NCBI RefSeq assembly: GCF_001194135.2
Contig: NC_068995.1
Coordinates: 23,233,705 to 23,286,309, forward strand
DNA length: 52,605 nt
DNA from: Octopus bimaculoides
Lineage: Eukaryota
Reading direction: 5' to 3'
Made by a program: the position numbers and the translations under genes. Every line of letters begins with the position of its first letter. The stretch's first letter is position 1. The notes beneath the pieces are model-generated. The model was given only the letters and a program-made list of their open reading frames with translations. It did no database searches and was not told where the DNA came from. This document shows positions 37,234 through 49,200 of this stretch, one piece after another.

Positions 37234-37596
37234 TGTTAGTATTTGTGAGTGTGCATGTGTGCATATGTATACGTGGGAATGCAACGAAACCTGTACCTAA
37301 AAAAATCATCCGGCACTCACACACAGACGTAGCCAATTGCACACGCACGATCTCTCTCTATCTCTTTCACTGATTCTCTCGCACACACATCTACATATAT
37401 TATGTAATAATATATATTGCGTGGGTGCGAGTTAAATTTCAGCGTAAATTATTCTTTGGAAGGACGAATTGTAAAACGTTCAGCGAAGTGTTGATTTAAT
37501 CTTATACTTTTTGTTTAACGTTATGTAAATTCAGCCTCAAATTCAGTTATATGGAAGGTAAATACCTATATATATATATNNNNNNNNNNNNNNNNN

Positions 37597-37649
<53 letters not shown>

Positions 37650-37650
<1 letters not shown>

Positions 37651-40100
37651 GACATGGAGAGAGATTACTTTACTAGATTTGACTGTAAAACCAGCAACTT
37701 TTCTGGACTTCCCAAAATCCATAAAAGCCTGTAACAAATCAACCTCTATAGTCATAAATATTCCACCCTCGAGAGATCTCAAAATGAGACAAATTGTGGC
37801 CGGTCCCTTGTGAGAGACACACAGACTTAGTAACTGTATTGACGTCCTCCTTAAACCTATACTCCAACATATACTGAGCTTTATAAGGGATGATCTGCAC
37901 TTTTTAAACCATCTCCCGAACAAAACCTGCAAGGACTCCCTTCTGGTTTCATTCGATGTAATAAACCTCTACACCTAGATTCTTCACGAATACGGAATAG
38001 TAGCCAACAATACTGACTGGAAAAATTTCTAAATGACATTCATGACCAAATCGGAAAAGAATTCATCGTTGAAGGAATAAAATTTATCGTATAGAACTTC
38101 AACGAGAACATTTATAGGCAAAAATCGGGCACGCTGATGGGGACGAGGGTAGCTCCTACCTTTTCCAACCTTGTCATGCCATACTTGAAAGTACACATAT
38201 ACGAACACGCTAGATTGAAATTTGGAGACAACTTTCGAAAATACTCACCAATTGGAAACGCTACCAGGATGACTGTTTCATCCTGTGACCACATAAATTT
38301 GAACAACTCTCAAAATTTAAAAACTTAATCAACAGCATTAACCACAGTCTCCAGTTCACAATGGAATACAGCCACAAACAACTACCCATCCTGGACATCT
38401 TGATCATAAAGAGAGATACTGAAATTGAAACCGACATCTTCTTCAAAGCAATGGACTCAAAGCAATATCGTCTATTCTTCTCCTGCCACACATAACATAC
38501 TAAAATAAATATACTGTTCAACTAAGCAAGAATTTGCACGATTGCATCAAAACCCAAAAACCGAGAAAAGCGACTCCAAGAATTTAAGAACACATTAACA
38601 TACAGAAAATATCCGGCCAGTCTAATCAAAAACGGAATAAAACGTGCAAAAATGATAAACATCCAAGAGTTACGGATAACAAGAAAACACCATAACACAC
38701 GTAAAACTTTATCTTACGTTTCAACACACAATCCGAGGAACATCATCTACCAAAACATATCCCTCCTTGTGAAGGACCTGCGAATGACAAAGGCACTGGA
38801 ATTCCATAGGATTATTAAGAGCAAAAGACAACCGCAAGTTAATCACCAGCGTCAAATTACCCATCAAAAATACAACCCCACTAATCAAGAAGTGAAACCG
38901 CTCTAACTGCGGAACTTGTATCTTCATCTTACAGAGATTAACATACACGTTTTAAGTTAGATCAAATTTTACCATAAAAAATCACTTTACCTGTGCTTCG
39001 AAGAACTTAATCTATGTCCTCAAATGTGGAGGGTGTGGTGGAGGCTACATAGGTCAAACTAGTTTAACCTTGAGGGACAACTTAACGGTTCACAGGCAAC
39101 AAATCCGGGACCCTACGACTAGGCAAATTCCTGTAAGCAAACTCCTAGACCAATGCCCTGTAAACCTAAACCCGAAATACCAAATCTTCCCTCTCTATCA
39201 ATGCACGGGAAACACTTCAAACCAATTCCGTTTAAATAAGGAAAGCATACTCATTAAAAAATATTAACCACGGCTGAGTATCCTTTAGAAAGATGACAAA
39301 ACTCTAAACAGAAAAAAGAAAACAGACTCAATTTCTCCAAAACAAGATCAACCAGGAACAACAAATAATTTTTTAAAATTTAGTGACAGTCTCACGCCCA
39401 GGTTTCGAAACCGCCACTCTAAATCACCATACAAACACCAGTTGCTGACGTGACCAACCTTTAGACCAATCGAAACCGAACTTCAGCCAATACAGCAAAA
39501 TGACCGTTTAAGAGAATCAACCAGCCAGAACGACTGATGACCCTTCACCACGGGGAAGCCAACCAGAAGGAATGACAAACTGGACCACAGGAAAAACAAG
39601 ACGTCACCAATACTTTAACGAATCAGAAATCAGATCTACTTGCGAAAAAAAATTATAAATACACCGGATTCCAAGACACACCCCTACAAGCGAATGTTCC
39701 TACACACGACGGAAAGAGGATCAGAGAAACTGTGAACCAAATCCCTTTCTTTACTATCTTCTTTGTTTTTTCTCTCTTAACTCAGTTTGACTGAAAGTTT
39801 GTTGGTATTCATTTCTTGTCAATCACTACTAACACTAATGAGCATTGTACATTCAAACAAATTGATGCACAATTTAAAATATTATTGACTGTTATGAAGA
39901 TTTAAACCTGACAACATCGAAATTTCTAGACATGTTTTTCTAATTCATAATTCTAAATTTGTCTGTTATGAACATTTTAATATTTCAGCATTGAAACTTT
40001 TAAAGATGTTTTTCTAATTCATAATTTAAAATTTTTACCATTGATAAACAAAAAATGTTGTTGAAACTAGTTTGGTATATATGTAAATAAATTTATTTTA
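37650..40100 (+). mobile_element. Decayed Penelope-like element (Neptune-type): RT plus GIY-YIG (37650-39290) and 3' terminal region
   Basis: SGLPKIHK; LVSFDVINLYT; GTLMGTRVAPTFSNLVM; WKRYQDDCF (38253-38279); QFTME; LPILDILI; a Cys-rich linker (CGTC); FTCASKNLIYVLKCGGCGGGYIGQT (GIY-YIG, 39001-39060). The 3' region ends in hammerhead-like units followed by aaataaa. Confidence 0.93.
40036..40077 (+). ncRNA. Decayed minimal hammerhead-like motif at the Neptune PLE terminus
   Basis: UACCA-UUGAUA-AACAA-AAAAUG-UUGUU-GAAAC-UA-GUU-UGGUA. Stems I and II are perfect 5-bp helices and stem III AACUAGUU is palindromic. The core CUGAUGA is mutated to UUGAU-A. Confidence 0.55.
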
Positions 40101-40160
40101 AACAATTACAAGTTTTTAAAATTTAGGTGTATTTTCATCAACCGATTTGCCTATATATAT

Positions 40161-40418
40161 TCTTTCATTCTTTATTCATTCATGTGTTTCAGTCATTTGA
40201 CTGCAGCTATCCTGGGGTACCGCCTTTAGTCGAAGAAATCGACCCCAGGATTTATTTTTAAAGCCTGGTGCCTATTCTACCTTTTGTGTATTTTGCAGGG
40301 AACGAGAAATACACCAGCACTGGTTGTCAAGCGATGGTGGTGGTGATGGTGGACAAACACAGGCACTAAACATACACGCGCGCGCTCACACACACGCATA
40401 CACTCACACAGACACACA

Positions 40419-40480
<62 letters not shown>

Positions 40481-40588
40481 ACTTTTTTCAGTTTCCGTCT
40501 CCCAAATCCACTTTTAATGATTTTGTTGTCCCGAGGCCATAGTGGAAGACACTTGCCCAAGGTGCCACGGAATGAGACGGAACTATGT
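40161..40588 (-). mobile_element. SINE family A (head largely lost; internal CA/GT repeat)
   Basis: gtttcagtcatttgactgc...gtcgaagaaatcgaccccagg tail and cagtttccgtctcccaaatccac...gaagacacttgcccaaggtgccacg body. Confidence 0.85.
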
Positions 40589-40914
40589 ATTTACTTGTTT
40601 TGAGGTTATGTAGGTAATGTATTGTTTCTATTTGGAAGGTGAATGTTTTTAATCGTGCAAGTCAAAGTGTTGTTAGTAAATTTGTTTATTTTGTGCTTTG
40701 CCATTTACAAAAGGATGTGAGGTGGTGCAACGATTGTTAGTCCGTATATTTGTCGCAATGTGTTCATCGTCCGATAAGTAATTTGATTAATATGTAGAAA
40801 CTTAAACATGTGTGCTTTATGTAGGCTGAGTTTGTGGGCTTTGTGATTATGAATATTTCTTCAATTCCCTTTCAAATGTGGGTATTTTAAAATATATTAT
40901 AAAATATATCATAT

Positions 40915-41130
40915 ATATGTATGTGTTTGGATATGACTGTGTGTCTCTGTTTGTCCCCACCAACATCGCTTGACAACCGCTGCTGGTGTGTTAGCGCTTC
41001 GGCAAATGAGACCGTTAGAATAAGTACTAGGCTTACAAAGAATAAGTCCTGGGGTCGATTTGCTCGACTACAGGCGGTGCTCCAGCATAGTCCGCAGTCA
41101 AATGAGTGAAACAAGTTAAAGAATAACAGA
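40915..41130 (+). mobile_element. SINE family A 3' half
   Basis: catcgcttgacaaccgctgctggtgtg...cggcaaatgagaccgttagaataagtactaggcttacaaagaataagtcctggggtcgatttgctcgac...gcagtcaaatgagtgaaacaag. Confidence 0.85.
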
Positions 41131-41871
41131 ATACCTATGAAAATATACGAAAGGAGGGCATTATGTGAAGTGTGCCAACACACAATTATAAAAGTAGGAA
41201 CAGAAAGAAAATTTTATTTACAACATTGGATTTCAAAATTTCAAATTATAAAAATTAACCAAAAGAAAAAATAGAAGAGAATTAAAAGAGAAAGGGGTAT
41301 TCCACTCAGCGTGAGGATGGATACCCAAAGTGATGTCTCATTTTCAGAAGTTTACAAACAAAACTAAACCCATAGATATAGTGACAAACAAAAAACAATC
41401 ATAATCAAAATACAAAATACAGAAATAGAGAAATGGAAAAAAACATATATAAAACAAAAACGTCAGGTTGACTATACATTAAAATGCTATCATTGTGGTC
41501 AGATAATAAAGACGAAATTGCAAAACAGAATAAAGAATACAATTAAGTATTTAGACATAATAAGTTTGTTACATGATGAAGACTGACCATTTCTGTACGT
41601 ATCAGCTGTTTCGCTGTTTCTTTCAATGGACTAAATTACCCACTCTCTTTTGCGACAAACAACTGGGAAGAGATTTGGTAGTTATTCTGATTCTATGGAA
41701 AACCTTAGAAGGAGATGTCTGCATGAATATGATTAAAGAAATCTATAGCAATGGGGATTAAAGACGAATGCGCATTTATGCTTTCCTTCGGTAGATGAAT
41801 GGTGGAAACTAATATTAGTGCATCAGTAAAATGAATAATTGATCAAAATGCGTATTTCATGAAAGCCAGTG

Positions 41872-41992
41872 ATGTATTGGTTTCAAATTTTGGTACAAGG
41901 CCGGCGTAAGTCGATTACATCGACATTAGTGCTCAAATTGTATTTATTTAATCGACCCCGAAAAATGCAAGGCAAAGTCGACCTCGCCGGAA
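41872..41992 (-). mobile_element. SINE family B fragment
   Basis: attggtttcaaattttggtacaaggcc...gtcgattacatcgac...atcgaccccgaaaaatgcaaggcaaagtcgacctcgccggaat. Confidence 0.8.
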
Positions 41993-42245
41993 TCAGAAAA
42001 CCATTGATATATTTAGAAATATAAGCTTAGGGCAAGCCTTTGATGAGGGAAAATTAATGTTTTGTCTCAACTAAAGATGAATGAAATTTCCTATCCGAAA
42101 TTTTCAGGAAGAATATGATTTATTATAATAATTTAAGTTAGTAAAAATAATGGTGGTACGGTAAATTTTTCTTTCAGGAATCAGGCTAATATTTTAGTTA
42201 AAGCAGACACATTGGACACACAATTATTACTCGATGGAATAAACA

Positions 42246-42440
42246 GTGAGCTGGCAGAAACTTTAGCATGCCGGGGGAAATGCTTAGCGGTACTTTACCT
42301 ATCTTTATGTTCTGAATTCAAATTCGACCTAGGGTCGATAAATTAAGTTCCAGTTGCATACTGGGTCGATCTAATCGAATGGCTCCTTCCCCCAAAATTT
42401 CGGGCCTTGTGCCTAGAGTAGAAAAGTAATGAATTATTAT
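42246..42440 (+). mobile_element. SINE family B, near full length
   Basis: gtgagctggcagaaactttagcatgccggggg...tgttctgaattcaaattc...gggtcgataaattaagttccagttg...cccccaaaatttcgggccttgtgcctagagtagaaaag. Confidence 0.85.
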
Positions 42441-42940
42441 TCGATAGAATGAACAAAAATGTAAGCTACTCGCTTAGGAAAATTGGCACCTTATACGACT
42501 GGCACCTTTAATTTATCCCACAGTGAGGAATAGCAATGATGGTAACAACAACATTTGAACTTAAAACTTAAAATTATGAAACTATAACAAAACGTTTATT
42601 TCGGTATATGACAGTTTCTCTGCTACTCTAGATATTTAATGGACTCCATTCCTAAATAGGAAACGATTAAGCAGACAATGTAACAAATACATCATAAATA
42701 AAGTTCCAGTTCGTTTACCAAGTATTCTATCATTTTCAATTTTCCATTTTAATTACAACCCTTTCAGACAATGTGTAATTGCCATGATTCACAATCTGTA
42801 TGTAGCATAATTGTCAACATACGTATGCAATTTTAATCAGAAACCATGTGAACAAATAGCAATAGTCTAGTTACTGATTACTTTCTCTTGTAAACTCGGA
42901 TTTTAATCCTAAGTAATTTGAAAGTAAGATTACGTATGGT

Positions 42941-42943
<3 letters not shown>

Positions 42944-43016
<73 letters not shown>
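42944..43016. repeat. (AC)n microsatellite
   Basis: Perfect run. Confidence 0.97.
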
Positions 43017-43019
<3 letters not shown>

Positions 43020-43564
43020 TGTGGGGTAATTATCTCTGGACTTATTTTGGAAATTTATAAGAATCTTCATTGAAATCGAAGATCACAGTTTGTGATTCAC
43101 TGATGCAGGTAAACGAGACTTGAGTAATATGGTTTGTGATTAAGCCACAAGGCCACTTATTTGTAAAGGGATGGAGTTTTTCCAAGCTATCGATATGTAA
43201 TACATATGCAAATACTGGTGTGCGTGTGTATGTGTGTGTATGTGTGTTTGTGCGCGCACGTGTATGAAGTATGTCATGTTTGTATTGGTGGCCAAAATTA
43301 TTGTTATACTTAATGTGTCAGTATGTTCCTCGATAGTTTGGATCAGTAATATCGGAGGAAAAATTACAAAAACAAAACATAACAATAATTTTATTATCCA
43401 CTACCTTAATGTCTACTTCTAATTTCAATCTAGTAATACATTATAAGGATTTACATAAAGCAAAAATATATAATAAATTTCGTAAAGCCTATCTTAATAT
43501 GTATTAATTAAGTGGACAAAATTTAATATATATTTTAAAATAAGAAAAATATTTAGTTTCTGCA

Positions 43565-43960
43565 TTTAATTGATGATGTTGGCGAGTAATTCTCTGGCGT
43601 TTGTCTCTGCCTGGTGTGCTTTGTGATTCTTGTTGTGACAATTATGGAAATCACTGCGGATTGGGATCTTTAAGGGACGACAACGATGGGTGTGAATTGA
43701 CTGAGTGCAAAGACAATTGTCAAATTCATACAATCAACTTTTTCAGGAATGACGTCGGAGAATCTACTAAATTAATTTGATTTTGTTCCTGTATCCATTG
43801 ATCCAGTTTTGTTTTAAACAAGCATCATATTGAAACGATTTTTCTGTGCTCCAAATACTCTTTGTATTGCATCGATTATCGTTTGCTAATTCTGAACGCG
43901 CGGCACAAAACTTAGTGTGACTCTTTGTATGGCTTTCCATTAATTATGGTTCTGCGACAA
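43565..43960 (-). mobile_element. Highly decayed pogo/Tigger N-terminal remnant
   Basis: Minus frames: KLDQWIQEQNQINL (cf. L..WI.EQN of the CENP-B-type HTH), SDVIPEK, RSDFHN...NARELLANII (cf. R.GLHN...AAREF...LAKII). Confidence 0.45.
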
Positions 43961-44541
43961 TAATGGTATTGTAGTTTATTGCCGTAATCTGTACATCAAT
44001 TCTCGACATGGTATAAAATAATATGAGAATATAAACGTTTGATTACCCTTCTACTAATTATAGTTGTTTTTATTGTATACTTGCGTATTCGTCGAGAGAA
44101 AGTTCGAACAATACGCCCTGCTACATTGTTTCACGGAGGCTGCACAGATAAATGCTGAAGAAATATTTGATGTCACTTCTTTTTTAAATTTAAGCGACGT
44201 AAATGATATTCCACTGTCATATAACTTAGTTTCGGCCAGTGTTTCAAATTTGTAAATTTTATACGATATAGTCTGTGATTTATCAGTAATGTTTGACGGT
44301 GTGAATACAACGTATAGAAATTCGAGATCGTATGAATGATAATGATTGCTATTTTACTGTATAAATGGTCTGACATGAACGATATAAATATTAGTTTTTA
44401 TAGTTCAGATGTTTTTGGTATTCGGGATATGTTTATTGGCTAAATTAGCAACTGATTGACTTGCTAGACATGATTTAACTATCACATCCATAGCAGAACC
44501 TACGACTCATAGTTGGTAACTTATTTGATCTTATTTTTCAG

Positions 44542-44604
44542 TTATGCACTAATGTCTTACCTATTTGTAATTATCGCAATATTTGCATTCAGTGTTCTAG
44601 GTAG
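44542..44604 (+). CDS. Candidate exon encoding a signal-peptide-like start MSYLFVIIAIFAFSVL(G)
   Basis: Acceptor tttgatcttatttttcag ends at 44541, ATG at 44552, tandem donors gtaggt (44601) and gtgaga (44605). No downstream exon was identified, and T-rich DNA gives hydrophobic peptides by chance. Confidence 0.25.
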   Translation, partial: LCTNVLPICNYRNICIQCSR

Positions 44605-45914
44605 GTGAGACAATGTACCTTCAACAACATTTTAACAACGTACAAAACCAAACAAAGAGCGACTGTGACGCGCTTACTGTGAGAAATGCGTGGTAAATTT
44701 TCACTCTTTTACCCTAATTATATGATAATATTGAAGGCCGAAAACTTGAAATGTTCTTCCTTACATCATTTGACTGTACAATATTGCTTGTCTTCTTTCG
44801 TGTGGACGTTTTCAACTTAACAGTAAACGGTATTAATTTTTTGATAGTCGAAAGAAATATTCATCACAGTTGTTCTGGTTCCTCTGGTAAACATGTGTAA
44901 GAATTGGCTTTCAACATCTGTTATGCTGAAGTTTATTTCCACTCACCTATTTGTGGAATACTTTATGATACCTGAATAAAGGACGGTGAGCTTCTGTGGT
45001 CTGATGGTGGGATTTTAAAATTTTTACTGCTGCGACGATTTCGGTTCGGCTCTCAAACACTAACATTAGTCACTCCAATCAAACTGTCTAAATGGTGCTA
45101 TATGGAAGGTCTTGTAATATTTCACAATTAATGAATTGTGCCTTTGAAAATAGTTTTCTGGCATTCCACCAAATCAGTTCCGCACTTTCTTATAGTTGAA
45201 TTCTAATCTGAAATTCCGTGCAGCTGTCTAAGGCAAACAAAGCTATTTCGGAATACTTAGTACATAAATAGTCGATATTATTTTATAGTTAAAGCTAGTC
45301 AAATTAGCAACAATGTTAACAATATCAATAATATTATTGATCATATATATCGGTGATATTTTAAATGTATTTAAACAATTCTTTCCGAATAAATTTGAAC
45401 CCATTTCATAATCGATAACAATACCTTCAAAATTCCATAACAGTTTATTTCCAATTTTAATATTTATTATAATTCTACTTCAATTGAAATATTTTTTATT
45501 ACAATAAGAGTTTACTTCTATTCATAGAGTTAATAGTAGTGGCAATCATATATTCTTGTGTGTTTTTAGATCTATCAAAGTTCTACTGGCGCCAGTAACT
45601 AAATCGAATGTTATCAAATTATAGGAAATTATAAGAATGTAAACAGATTCTTCGTATGATTCTGATGTTCGATAAAAGAGAAAATATGTTTACATTCATA
45701 AGATTTTCTAACACATCAATGCTTTTTTATATTTTTAAATATTTGAATTTGTTGCAGACTTTTCGATTCAAAAAAAATTGCTGTGAATAAAGTGTATCGT
45801 TTACTTAATGACAGACTGTCTAAAGCATAAATATGCAAATTAAGCAATCCGCTAAGGTGATAGCTTAATTTTGAGAGTATTGTATATGAGTTGAATATTC
45901 TGTGTGTGTGTGTG

Positions 45915-47400
45915 AGGTGAATCGGAACTATCGGGTCAGTGACATTAACAAGTTAGGTGCCTTGCTGGAAAGAGAAGAGCGAAGGAGATCACCTGAGGAT
46001 AAGTAGAACTAGCGTAACCCTTTTCACTTAAGACCCTTCTACCCGCAAATGTAAGGGGACACAAGCACCCACTAAGTTCCCAATACAGTGGACCACAATA
46101 CGAATATGACAACAAACAGCAGCAGCAGCAGCAACATCTACAAAACAATACAGGGTTTTAATTGCAATTATGAATCTGATTACCCCGCAATAAATGATAC
46201 AATACCAAAGGCATCAATCAGCAGCCAAAAAAAAATAAGTCTACGTGCACAGACACCATCTACTCCAGCACCACCATCACTACAACATCGAACATTATGA
46301 TGGAGGAAAAGAAAACAAAGACAACGGTAGCCTCGACAACTTAAAACGTCAACAATATTTCCATCGTGAATAACGACAATAATGATAAGGAGCATACATT
46401 CACTGCAACTTCTGCGAAAGGTATAAATCTATTTAGGATGGATATACTACTGAAGGATATATGCCTGGATCAAGTGGCCAGACTGATAAGGTTCGGAGAG
46501 GCGCAGGCGGACATTGCCAACCCCACCGAGATATTGACAGAAAGACAGAAAAACCATTATTTATAAATGTCTTTCTACAAACAAAGAGCAGTCGGTGACG
46601 GCTTGTCAGGCAGACTAGCACTAAAATGTACACTGAAATGTGCACTGAAATAGATAATTGCTGACATTCAGCATATCGCGAGAGCAAAGAAGTTTGTGGG
46701 CATTTCAGTAGTCTTCAAGACTGAAACTCCGATCGCCAAACATTCCTAGATAGGATCTATAGGCAGGGTTTAGGTTTCTGGAAACTGCATGCGTCTTTCC
46801 GGGTCCATCAAGCTTTCACAGACCGGGTTAGTAAGTTAGTCCATCGGAGATTGTTGGGTACATTTGACAACAACTGATGGTGGTTAGCCCTGAAATGGGC
46901 TATTAGAATATAGGCAGTAGGGTTTAGAAAAGAATTAGAGTTAGTGGGATCTAGAATAGAAGGAGACATAGGAAACTAGAAGATGCACAGCTAGAAGAGA
47001 CCTAGGAAACTAGATGAGGGACTTAGTAGAGGCATAGCATTCGATGTGCTGTCGGCGAGATTTTTTCTTGACCAATTCTTCACTGCCAAGTACAACAATT
47101 GCGTTGTCAGAATGCATGCACTAAGATAGAAGAAGATGGAAGCCTTTCGATGGATTCAGGTGGCTAAGGTGCAACGTGGATACAAGGCCTCAATTTGGTC
47201 TTTGATCAGCCTGGTCGAGTTCTTGTTACTCGAGTTCAAGCAGATGTTTGTGGAATTTCAGCAGTATTTTGTTGAACTATACGGAGCGCGCAGAGGGAAA
47301 GCCCGTGATGGGGATTTTCCTTCCTACCTCTCGACCAGGGATACAGAGTTCTGTGAAAAGGCGATAACAATCGAAAACATACGGGTTGCGATGACTAGTC
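45915..47400 (+). mobile_element. Decayed L1/Tx1-like LINE (ORF2 endonuclease end plus linker at 46735-47400; upstream part tentatively 5'/ORF1)
   Basis: RIYRQGLGFWKLHAS (cf. GPGYWKLNTS), WWLALKWAIR, KYNNCVVR, QMFVEFQQYFVELYG, FCEKAITIENIRVAM. The 45915-46735 assignment is by adjacency and composition only. Confidence 0.75.
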
Positions 47401-48365
47401 GTATTCTTATCATGTGCTTTCACTGCACTACTGAGGGAAGATCTCTGCGTCTTGGGTAGGTGCTGTGGTTTGTTGTGGCATTCTTATTTTCATTTTATTG
47501 GTTAGCGCTTTGCTTTACGTACTACGTGTGCGGTGCCAAGTAGTGCTATTTTCTGTATGCTATATACGTTTGTAAGTCCTGGTGTTTTGATCATGTATTT
47601 GTCTGAATGTTTTTATCATACCTAATGCTCCTATTATTATAGGAATTGTTCCTGTTTTTAGACTCCACATTCGAGCTACTTCTATTTCCAGATCTTTGGT
47701 GATTGTTCCGATTCTTTTAGAGGCGTATTGTCATCTGTTGATATTGATACATCGATTAGAGGGCAGTTTTTCTCTTGACGATCTCTGAAAACTTTATCAG
47801 GTCCATTAGCCTTGATGTTTCTATCAGTGCGTGTTGGCATATCCCAAAGTATGGTTGTTTTCTCATATTTTGAAACCTTCTTTTAGGGTGTGCCTATACC
47901 ATCATTCTCTGTTGTCATTCCATGGTGTTGGCATAGCTTCCAGTGTGTATAGGTCCCAGCTCTGTCATGTCTGTGAGTATATTCCTTCTTAGCCAGGACT
48001 GGGCAACCAGAGACAATATGATTTATTGTTTCTTCGCCATCACCAAATAATCTGCTGTTACTTGTATATGATTTTCAGTGTGTGTTTTTTAGTGATCTCT
48101 GGTGGGAAGGCTTTGATTTTCTGCTGCAATTAAACATCCTTCAGTCTCTTCTTTGAGTCCCAAGCTTCTTAATCATTGTTGAGATTTTACTTTGTCTATT
48201 TTCTTCTGTTTAGCTTAACCTAATATTTTTCATTTTGGGAATTTTCTTGCCATCGATTTATCATGATACGTTGTTCTTCCAGTTTTAGTTTGGATTCCAG
48301 TTGTTCTACAGCTTTTTGTTTCTTCTTTTTCTTCATAGCTATCAGGTACTATCCTCTCCCGAGTT
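47400..48365 (-). mobile_element. R4/Dong-like (RLE) LINE 3' end: CCHC knuckle, restriction-like endonuclease and 3' UTR
   Basis: Minus frames: RLFGDGEETINHIVSGCPVLAKKEYTHRHDRAGTYTHWKLC; ILWDMPTRTDRNIKANGPD...IDVSISTDDN; 3' UTR shared with 31994-32092. Confidence 0.92.
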
Positions 48366-48384
48366 CAAGTACGTCCCGACGATG

Positions 48385-49200
48385 ACATGTGTTACTGCTT
48401 TGATAGCAGTATTTTCAATACCTGCTGTCTCTAAGCGAAAACGCTAACATCAAGATCGTAGAATTTTGAGATCCAATATGCAGATGACGCTGCTGCCGCT
48501 ACGCACGAACCGGCCTCACTCCAGCGATCCTTAAGAGCCATCCACGAAACCTATGCTCGTCTAGGTTTTGATATCAACATAAAAAAATCATGCAACCGTC
48601 TTTTAATCAAAAGCATCCAGCAACGCAACTATATATAAACGACGTACCAATGTTAGACGTTGACTCTTTTAACTAGCTAGGCGGTGTCTATCACGCAGTG
48701 AACATATCGACGATGACATCCTACGACGGATCAACTTCGACTCCTCCCCATTTTGACTCCTCCGAGACCGAGTATATTCAAAGAGAAATCTGAGACTTGC
48801 CGTTGTCATCTCAATATTCTTGTATAGCTGCGAATTCTGGATCTTAAACCACTATCATATGGGGAAGCTTGTCATTTCACTTTCAATGCCTCCAGCGAAT
48901 TCTACACATTACATGGAAAGATAAGGTACCCCACAGAAATTCTGCAGCTAGCAGGAATCTTCAGCGTTGAAGCCATTATCCAGCTCCGTCTTCTAAGATG
49001 GGTCGGCCACTTCATCAGGATGCCTAAAAATTATCTCCTGGAAAATGCTCATGTTCAGAGAGCTATCAACAGGTGATCGCCCACACGGGGGAATCAAGAG
49101 GAGGTTCAGGGACCATCTTAAGCTTGTCCTCAACTCCTGCAACATTCTACCGGCACAGCTTAAGCACTTTGCTCGGAACCGCTAAACCTGGCGTTCACTA
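48385..49200 (+). mobile_element. Decayed RTE (BovB-like) LINE RT C-terminal fragment
   Basis: EIQYADDAAAATHEPASLQRSL (YADD at 48477-48488), YARLGFDINIKK, IDDDILRRI, IFLYSCEFW, LLRWVGHFIRMP, GGIKRRFRDHLK. Confidence 0.92.

Noticed and set aside
41570-41630. Hammerhead-like pieces (tgatgaaga on plus; GAAACAGCUG on minus)
   Set aside because: The two half-cores lie on opposite strands and no consistent stems I and II form.
43280-43385. VIFPPILLIQTIEE resembling the pogo FLPPNTTSLIQP motif
   Set aside because: Too short and separated from the 43565-43960 remnant by AT-rich noise; may be chance.
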